Shown piece after piece: positions 58,001-64,000 of a DNA stretch of 64,000 bases. The stretch is from Roseibacillus sp. Its GTDB lineage: Bacteria > Verrucomicrobiota > Verrucomicrobiia > Verrucomicrobiales > Akkermansiaceae. How positions within the stretch are numbered: the first letter of the stretch is position 1; each line of letters opens with the position of its first letter. The notes under the pieces were generated by a model. That model did no database searches, had not been told where the DNA came from, and saw only the letters and a program-made list of their open reading frames with translations. The translations under genes were made by a program, and so were the position numbers. Location of the stretch: contig JBPOGI010000004.1 of the NCBI GenBank assembly GCA_051251855.1, positions 32,001-96,000 of the forward strand. The letters run 5' to 3'.

Positions 58001-60668
58001 GACCTTGAATGGCCGCACCAGTAACAAACTCGCCTCGGGAGCAGTCCTAGAACTCCACGGTCCATGGGGCATTCAGATGCGCGAAGTCCGTTCCGGTGAA
58101 GGCTACGGTATCACTAACTCCTTCTCACAACGATTCGGGATGGGCAACACCGCTATCGCAGACAAACTCGTAGTGCGCTGGCCTTCAGGCGTGGTCGATA
58201 CCGCCTTCAACATCTCCGCCAATCAGTTCCTCACTCTCACCGAGGGAGACACCATAGCCCCAACTTTGACCAATCCCGGCAATCGTAATTCGGCTACCGA
58301 AAGCACGGTGTCGCTGCAACTTTCTGCGAACGACCCCAATCGTAATCCCCTCACCTATTCCGCCAGCAACTTGCCAACGGGCCTCAGTATCAATAGCAAT
58401 ACCGGTCGCATCAGTGGAACCACCGCGAGTGTGGGCGGAGTCTTTAACGTTACCGTTTCTGTGAGCGACAGCTGGAGCACAGTCTCGCGCACCTTCACTT
58501 GGACCATCGAAGGCGGCAGCAATACCGGCCCCAACTTGGCCGCCATCGACAACCAAGTGAGCGAAGTCAACGAATCCGTCTCGCTCACCCTTAGCGCCAA
58601 CGACCCAGATGGCGACCCTCTGAGCTTCAGCGCAACTGGACTTCCTGCCGGCCTCAACATCTCCTCCCTGACTGGAATCATTAGCGGCTCCGCAAACACT
58701 GCGGGAACATCAAACGTGACCGTATCTGTCACCGATGGTCCTCTCAGCGCCTCTCAAAGCTTCACTTGGACAGTGGAAAACCCCGTCACCAACCCAGGTC
58801 TCGCCTACGGTGGCACTCGCCCCATTCTCCCCTCTCTTATTCAAGCGGAGCACTTCGACACCGGAGGAGCTGGAACCTCATACTACGACGTGGATAGTAA
58901 TAATGTCGGCGGTATCTTCCGCAGCACTGGCGTCGACTTGGAAGACTCCTATGACGCAGACGGCACCCCGAACATCGGTTGGGCCGAAGATGGCGAGTGG
59001 CTCCATTACTCAGTTCAACTCAGCCCCGGAACATGGGACATCGTGGCTCGCGCCGCCAGTGAGTTCGGGGCCCCAGGCTCCCTTCGTGTCTTGTTAGATG
59101 GCGCCGAACTCGGAGTCATCGACATCGCCGGCACCGGAGGTTGGTATAACTGGGAAAGCTTCGTCCTCCCCGACATCACCATCACGGGAAACAATACCGC
59201 AACCCTCCGACTCGAAATTCAAGGAGCCTCCTACAACCTGAACTGGATCGACTTCGTCGCACCTGGCTCCGTCGAAGGTGGTGGCACCGGTGGCGGTGGC
59301 GGCACAGCTAGCACCCAAACTCCCTTCGGCGGCATCGCGGCCAACCTCCCTGGACGCATCCAAGCGGAAGACTTTGACGAAGGCCCAAGCGGAGATGCCA
59401 TCTTCGACCTCGACCCTGAAAACATTGGTGGAGCCTATCGCGCCAGCAGCGTCGACCTCGAGAACTCCTTCGATAGCGACAACACCTTCTCCATCGGCTG
59501 GATCGAGAACACCGAATGGACCGAATACACCGTGAACGTCACTCCCGGCGACTACGACATCACCGCCCGTATCGCGAGTGCTGAAGTCGCCCCTGGCCTC
59601 ATCCGCGTTCTTCTCGACGACCGCGAGCTTGGCATCATCACGGTAGCAGGAACTGGCGACTGGTATTCTTGGCAAGACTCCTCTCTCCAGAACGTCTCAG
59701 TGACCGAAAGTGGCGCAGCCGTCCTCCGTCTCGAATACATCGGTGGACCCTACAACCTCAACTGGATCGAATTCAGTGAAAACACCACCGGCGGTGGCGG
59801 TGAGCCAGTCACCCAGCGCTCCTTCCTCGAAGTCGCGCCTATGCTCCCCGGCCGCATTCAGGCCGAGAACTACGACCTCGGAGGTCAGGGCGTTGCTTAC
59901 CAAGATAACGAACTCGCCAACCTCACCGGTGCTTATCGCAGTGACGGCGTCGACATTGAAGCCTCAGGCGACATTGATGGTTCCTTCAGCTTGGGTTGGT
60001 TCGATGCCAATGAGTGGGTCGAATACACCGTCGTCCCAGAACCTGGCATTTATTCCGTCACGGTGAGAACTGCCGCAGGCGAAGCTAACCCCGGCGACCT
60101 CCGCGTCTCGCTCAGTGGAGCAGAGTTCGCCACCTTCGATATCCCCGACACTGGGGGTCCTTCCAACTGGTCTTCCACCACCCTTACCGGTATCACGCTT
60201 ACCGGTGGCGGCGAACAAGTTCTGCGAGTCGAAACCGTGGGCAACGGCATCAACTTCAACTGGATTGAGTTCACTCGAACCGGTAGCCTTCCCGGCACCG
60301 CAGAAGCCTCCGAATCACGCAGCGAGGAGTCCCTTCTGGCCATGGCCTTCGGCTCTTGGGACGGCACTCCCGACGAGGGAGAAGCGCCCCGATTGAATAT
60401 TTCGGGCGAAGGCGAAAATGCCACCTACTCGATCTCCTTCCTCATCCGCCTCGGTGGCTGGAGAACAGAGACCGGATACTTGACCAAAGAACTAACCTAC
60501 GGTCCCCAAACGGCCATCGACATGGAGAAGTGGGGCACCACCCTGAAGCCCATCGGCAACCCAGAAGGACTTCCAGTCCCCCCTCCAGGCTACAAATACC
60601 TGACTTACAGTCTCGTAGACGAGAGCCAGACCAAAGCCTTCTTCAAGGTCGATATCGCGGAGCATTAG
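55017..60668 (+). CDS. Giant secreted multidomain protein: diheme cytochrome c domain, Ig-like, FG-GAP/ASPIC-UnbV, 2x He_PIG, 3x CBM6-like, C-terminal domain
   Basis: Signal peptide; LWSDGASKKRW, FPVGTVAVKHF, LETRF, CRSCH, CSNCH, RMPP; DxNxDGxxD repeats; RFGMG..VRWPSG; ANDP..LTYSASNLP.GL; three IQAE.FD.G...NLNWI repeats. Confidence 0.9.
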   Translation: MFKLCTFVLCTILPALECAAATAQFTNPSAVSSDADGNNSAPWATDGVTAVSLQFDTSALIPAGATINSITVRTNGTAVAPSYRSEIDLTITDPSGNIASWDFGTDLIFPNSAGSWDSGNLTASGLSGDASGIFTFAFSEDYNDTGNDNSIAAVTLTVDYTSPTSTLSAPIGAYLNGIMPVTDPTNGGAQPPATLSATGAFSNLASLTVASGLVPYEVNSPLWSDGASKKRWIAIPSDGNRNSAGEQVVFNPDAPWTFPVGTVAVKHFELSTNANNPNELRRLETRFLVAIGNGDFYGVSYRWRADGSEADLLPDGASDTINITNADGSISSQTWDYPGRQDCRSCHNLGSGVFLGVNTWQLNGNITYPGGGSLQNQLEAWNDENLFTTSIQPAANYSAGVDVEDATASLEQRMRSYLAANCSNCHNPASGLNTGFDLRFSTSLPNTGLIYGSLLYDLGISGAHVITPQDPARSILYRRMDTVDVHRMPPIGRNLIHTEAVTTLNQWIMTLNTSTGGNSNPPLANDDEGLTQTGNSVAINAFANDSDVDGDSFSLLQASTPANGSTSWASNGVVTYTPANGFIGNDQFTYQISDTTGSASQAATIRVVVTAASSSNSITFSNSSNLLADPTSYSGVAMGVVDMNQDGRDDIIRLRNAKNLFVDYQNANGTFSSLSLGAPSSTNQWGLAVGDTDNNGYPDIISGGYFDGLHYQRSNSSGTSFAKSTLSSPTVFLQAVSFADINNDGWLDLFPLHDVGSNPPFRNTGNGGLVYDPSLINTATSPASDNSGNYGIVWTDYDGDGDIDMYISKCRGGVSSRTDPRRINQLFRNNGNGSFTEVAAAAGLADGAQSWTADFADIDNDGDLDCFIGNHGEASRMMRNNGNGTFTEVTSTSGISVNWNVIQSIFRDFNNDGWIDLLLTGAQQGIWMNDRDGTFTQISNPFTSSAMESAAVGDLNRDGFPDIYAGYARLYNTPQSTKPDQLFLSNNNGNGFLSVTLNGRTSNKLASGAVLELHGPWGIQMREVRSGEGYGITNSFSQRFGMGNTAIADKLVVRWPSGVVDTAFNISANQFLTLTEGDTIAPTLTNPGNRNSATESTVSLQLSANDPNRNPLTYSASNLPTGLSINSNTGRISGTTASVGGVFNVTVSVSDSWSTVSRTFTWTIEGGSNTGPNLAAIDNQVSEVNESVSLTLSANDPDGDPLSFSATGLPAGLNISSLTGIISGSANTAGTSNVTVSVTDGPLSASQSFTWTVENPVTNPGLAYGGTRPILPSLIQAEHFDTGGAGTSYYDVDSNNVGGIFRSTGVDLEDSYDADGTPNIGWAEDGEWLHYSVQLSPGTWDIVARAASEFGAPGSLRVLLDGAELGVIDIAGTGGWYNWESFVLPDITITGNNTATLRLEIQGASYNLNWIDFVAPGSVEGGGTGGGGGTASTQTPFGGIAANLPGRIQAEDFDEGPSGDAIFDLDPENIGGAYRASSVDLENSFDSDNTFSIGWIENTEWTEYTVNVTPGDYDITARIASAEVAPGLIRVLLDDRELGIITVAGTGDWYSWQDSSLQNVSVTESGAAVLRLEYIGGPYNLNWIEFSENTTGGGGEPVTQRSFLEVAPMLPGRIQAENYDLGGQGVAYQDNELANLTGAYRSDGVDIEASGDIDGSFSLGWFDANEWVEYTVVPEPGIYSVTVRTAAGEANPGDLRVSLSGAEFATFDIPDTGGPSNWSSTTLTGITLTGGGEQVLRVETVGNGINFNWIEFTRTGSLPGTAEASESRSEESLLAMAFGSWDGTPDEGEAPRLNISGEGENATYSISFLIRLGGWRTETGYLTKELTYGPQTAIDMEKWGTTLKPIGNPEGLPVPPPGYKYLTYSLVDESQTKAFFKVDIAEH

Positions 60669-60717
60669 CCGTCTATCAAGCTCGCCAACACTTGCGCCAC
60701 CTTAAAAAGGTCGTATT

Positions 60718-61674
60718 ATGGCGCCGAGACCGCACTGCATGAGCCCACCGAAAAAGCTTCAGCTTCCTAGCCACCCAGCCCCCTTGCCGCCAGTGCAGGA
60801 GCGCAAGGTCTTGGCGGTCGGAGTTTCCTCGACGGTGATTGCAAGTCTCGCTGTTGGAGCAGGCATACTTGCACTTTTTCTATTCCCCATCGTCGAGTTC
60901 CTCGCGACCGCAGGTCTTCCCGTCCAAGTAGTGGCCACCCCTGCCATTAGCCAACCTGAGGAGACGGAAAAGACCGTTGTCCAGAGGCAGCGTTTCATCC
61001 CAAAACCAATCCCTCCAGAAAATCAAGCCACCGCAAGCCTCCCCATTCATCAGTCCCAACTTGAGAACTCACCCCAAGAGTCCGCTCTAGATAGCCAGAC
61101 TCTCAGCACCCAATCGACAAGTCACCTCGAGTTCCTCGCTGCCTTCGCGGCAGAGGAAGATGACCGCCTTCAAGAAATTGCCCAAGAAGAAGCTCTTGCT
61201 CGGGCCGAAGCTTTAAGAAAACAAGCCGAAGAATCAGAGAGAGCACGCCTCCTCGCCGAAAGAAAGAACAGAGAATCGGCTGAGAAGGCACGTAGGCAAC
61301 AAGAACTTGCCTCTCTCAACGCAGCAAAGAAGCGCCAGCAAGAAGCGTTAGCAAAAGAAGCGACTGCCTCCCGACAGAGACAAGCTCTCGCAAGCAAAGT
61401 CGCGACCACGCCCTCGGTCATTAGCAAAAAAATCCCAAGTTACCCCATTTCTGCTCGAAAAGCAGGACTGCAAGGAACCGCCCGCATCACCGCCACAGTC
61501 TCTGCCCAAGGCAAAGTATCATCAGCTTACGTCAGCCAAAGCTCAGGCCATACTTCCTTGGACAAAACCGCCTTAGCCGCCGTCAAACGCTGGCGTTTCT
61601 CCCCCGCTCGCAACGGTCTCGGACAAGCCGTCACCCACCAAGTCGTGGTCCCCATCCCTTTTCAACTCAACTAA
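60718..61674 (+). CDS. tonB: Energy transducer TonB
   Basis: TM, Pro-rich and TolA-like helical linker, YPISARKAGLQG, SSGHTSLDKTALAAVKRWRFSPA. Confidence 0.9.
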   Translation: MAPRPHCMSPPKKLQLPSHPAPLPPVQERKVLAVGVSSTVIASLAVGAGILALFLFPIVEFLATAGLPVQVVATPAISQPEETEKTVVQRQRFIPKPIPPENQATASLPIHQSQLENSPQESALDSQTLSTQSTSHLEFLAAFAAEEDDRLQEIAQEEALARAEALRKQAEESERARLLAERKNRESAEKARRQQELASLNAAKKRQQEALAKEATASRQRQALASKVATTPSVISKKIPSYPISARKAGLQGTARITATVSAQGKVSSAYVSQSSGHTSLDKTALAAVKRWRFSPARNGLGQAVTHQVVVPIPFQLN

Positions 61675-61689
61675 AAATAGCACATCGAC

Positions 61690-62439
61690 ATGAAAAACAT
61701 CGTTCTGCCACTGATACTTGCCTCTTCCTTCCTCTCTGGTCGGGAAAACGAAATCGAACCCAACTCTCTTCTCCGTCCACTTCATGCCCACGAAGTCCTG
61801 ACCGGTCATTTCCACCAGGGATACGACAGCCGCTATTTTACAGAGGGACGCGACGGACTAGACGGTGATTCCCTGCTCACCACCGCTTTCGAACTTGGCT
61901 ATGAGCATTTTGCCTTTGGAGCTTGGTTCGGCATCTCCCCCGAGCAAAACTACGACGAGCTCCAGCTCTCTGCGGCCTATATCGGCCACCTTGGAGACGT
62001 CGAATACTATCTCAGCTGGACTCACTTCGAATTCTCCTCCTTCTTTCCCGGTAGGGAACAAGACAATGAAATCGGCTTCGGCCTCAGTTATGGCGAGCTT
62101 CCCTACGAGCTCAATATCGCCTTCAACGCCTATTATTCCCTCGAGGTTGAAGGCTCCTTTATGGAACTCTCCCTTGATCGCAGTTCCGACCTCACCGACC
62201 AACTCTCCTTAGGAGTTTTGGGAACCTTCGGAATGAACCAAGGCTACGTAAGTGATGGCCATGACGGGGCTAACCATCTCGCCCTCTCCAGCTCCCTCGA
62301 CTACGCTCTCACTGAAAGCCTCACTCTCTCATTGCATGCCACCTACTCCTGGGCCCTCGACCAAGATGCTAATACAGCTGGCGACGAAACCCTCATCGAT
62401 TTCTTCCATGCCGGAACTGGAATCATGTTTGCCTTTTAG
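61690..62439 (+). CDS. Small outer-membrane beta-barrel (TorF/TIGR02001-like)
   Basis: Signal peptide, YDSRYFTEGR, alternating amphipathic strands, C-terminal aromatic F. Confidence 0.7.
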   Translation: MKNIVLPLILASSFLSGRENEIEPNSLLRPLHAHEVLTGHFHQGYDSRYFTEGRDGLDGDSLLTTAFELGYEHFAFGAWFGISPEQNYDELQLSAAYIGHLGDVEYYLSWTHFEFSSFFPGREQDNEIGFGLSYGELPYELNIAFNAYYSLEVEGSFMELSLDRSSDLTDQLSLGVLGTFGMNQGYVSDGHDGANHLALSSSLDYALTESLTLSLHATYSWALDQDANTAGDETLIDFFHAGTGIMFAF

Positions 62440-62460
62440 CAGGCGCCACGCACCCCCGAC

Positions 62461-63993
62461 CTAAAGTTTCCGGTCTTCACCAAACTGAACAGTAAGCTCT
62501 TCCCACTTCGCGCTCATCTTCTCGACGCGCTCCGGTTGCGCTTCCGCGAGGTCAGTCGCCTCTCCTCGGTCTCTCGAGAGATCATACAGCTGCCACTCCT
62601 TTCCCATATAGGGAGTCTTCACGATCTTCCAATTTTCTTGCCGAAGAGCCATATTCTTCTGGTGATTCCAATAAATGAACTCACGAGCGGGCGCGCTGCC
62701 CTCTTCTAGGAGACCCTTCAAACTGACCCCAGGAAACGCCGGTTGCTTTCCTGAATCTACGGTCCCGCCAGCCAACTCAACAATCGTCGGAAGCAAATCC
62801 ACCACATGACCCGGCGTGTGGTCGATGGCCCCCTTCCCCTTCAACCCCTTCGGCCAATGGGCAATGAGAGGCGTCGCAATTCCGCCTTCATGGGTCCAAT
62901 GCTTGTGAAGACGAAAGGGAGTATTGCACGCCGTCGACCAACCCGCCCCCAGACAGAGATAACTATCAGCCGAACCCAACCTCGAACCGATGGTATTCTT
63001 ATCCCCTCGATTCAACTGCTCACTAGTGGCACCATTGTCCGAGAAAAACAGAATGAGAGTGTCCTCATAAGCATTCATCGCTTTCAGCTGAGCGACCACG
63101 CGACCAATCTCTTGATCCATCCGATCAATCATCGCGCAATGAATGGCCATCTTGGTCGCCTGATAGGTCTTCTCCTCTTCGGACAAAGCGTCCCAAGCCA
63201 CCGCATACCGACGCTCTCCAGGATGAATTTTTTCCTTTAAGTCTTTTTCCGTAGGACTCCATTTCGCGGTGATAGTTTCATCTCGCTCGGCATACTTGAC
63301 ATCCAAGAGTCCCAACTCTTTCAACTTGGCATTGCGACGCTCGCGCTCCACGTCCCAGCCGTGAGCAAACGTCCCCTCATACTTGGCAATATCCTCCTCA
63401 AGCGCATGCAAAGGAAAGTGCGGACTTGTGAAAGCGAGATACATGTAAAACGGACTCTCCTCATAGCTCGCCGCATGCTCCTTAAGAAAGCCCGTCGCTC
63501 GCTCACCAATATCTGTCGTGAGATAATATCCCTCCTTACGGCCTCCGTCTGGCAGAGGCTCATCATTGAGAAAATTATCCTGCTCTGTGAAAAAACGATC
63601 CCAGTTATCGGACATGAAGGACTGGTCAAAGCCTCCATGCTTGATCGGCTTTGTTCCCGTCACATGCCACTTTCCACTGTGATAGGAACGATAACCCAAA
63701 GGCTTGAGATAACTCGGCAACATTGTTCTCTTCGTAGCCTTCTTCTCCACCTGAACATAATGGTAACCCGTCATCAGGGCTGTGCGTGTGGGCCAGCAGC
63801 GAGCAGTATTGTAGAAATTGGTGAAGCGAGTGCCCTGATTCGCCAACGCATCCAGATGGGGCGTCTCCACCGGCCCACCGTAGCATCCTAGGTCTGAGTA
63901 TCCCAAGTCATCGGCAAGAATCACAAGAACGTTGGGCTTCGCTGTCAAATGCGCCATCGCCAGGAGCGGGAGTAAGAGAAAGTAGTTCTTCAT
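62461..63993 (-). CDS. Arylsulfatase (S1)
   Basis: PNVLVILADDLGYSD, CWPTR, GKWH, PHFPLHA, SDNG, HEGGI, LYDL. Confidence 0.95.
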   Translation of the reverse strand: MKNYFLLLPLLAMAHLTAKPNVLVILADDLGYSDLGCYGGPVETPHLDALANQGTRFTNFYNTARCWPTRTALMTGYHYVQVEKKATKRTMLPSYLKPLGYRSYHSGKWHVTGTKPIKHGGFDQSFMSDNWDRFFTEQDNFLNDEPLPDGGRKEGYYLTTDIGERATGFLKEHAASYEESPFYMYLAFTSPHFPLHALEEDIAKYEGTFAHGWDVERERRNAKLKELGLLDVKYAERDETITAKWSPTEKDLKEKIHPGERRYAVAWDALSEEEKTYQATKMAIHCAMIDRMDQEIGRVVAQLKAMNAYEDTLILFFSDNGATSEQLNRGDKNTIGSRLGSADSYLCLGAGWSTACNTPFRLHKHWTHEGGIATPLIAHWPKGLKGKGAIDHTPGHVVDLLPTIVELAGGTVDSGKQPAFPGVSLKGLLEEGSAPAREFIYWNHQKNMALRQENWKIVKTPYMGKEWQLYDLSRDRGEATDLAEAQPERVEKMSAKWEELTVQFGEDRKL

Positions 63994-64000
63994 AGAAAAA

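Noticed and set aside
58800..60290. Three ~450-bp similar segments as a DNA repeat/array
   Set aside because: In-frame tandem CBM6-like protein domains, diverged at DNA level.
1..64000. CRISPR array, prophage, transposase, rRNA, defence system
   Set aside because: No regularly spaced repeats or recognisable cas, phage, transposase or defence motifs were found by inspection.

Overview
The window appears to be from a Verrucomicrobiota (Verrucomicrobiaceae/Roseibacillus-like) chromosome. This is inferred from the alpha2-type GlyRS, the DUF1549/DUF1553-DUF1501 pair, the ECF sigma/Ser-Thr kinase pair, the sulfatases and the MTLIELTVVILVLL pilins. From left to right it holds: a czcCB-like RND efflux locus preceded by a Cys/His-rich leader ORF with an RGPP motif; tRNA-Leu(TAA), ltaE and glyS; housekeeping and accessory genes (S2P, TauE, TetR/SDR, argG, sulfotransferase, PPP phosphatase, DUF1287); a ~15.3 kb, 17-gene minus-strand type IV filament cluster; an ECF-kinase-OsmC operon; menC, a nucleotidyltransferase, lemA/M48 protease and cdd; a sulfatase-SGNH fusion; an ECF/FecR-LamG/PSD1/DUF1501 operon; a candidate structured ncRNA; O-antigen-ligase-like, DUF1080 and beta-helix genes; an 1883-aa secreted diheme/FG-GAP/CBM6 protein; TonB, a small beta-barrel and an arylsulfatase. 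The filament cluster combines a PilG/H/I-like ABC module, PilT, two pilins, a GspL-like fusion, a secretin, PilB, PilC and several unknown genes. The best candidates for new biology are this hybrid type IV filament system, the RGPP leader with its attenuator, the orphan ncRNA at ~48.5-48.7 kb and the giant cytochrome-CBM protein. No CRISPR array, rRNA, integrase or transposase was seen. All family assignments come from motif recognition by eye; no searches were run.
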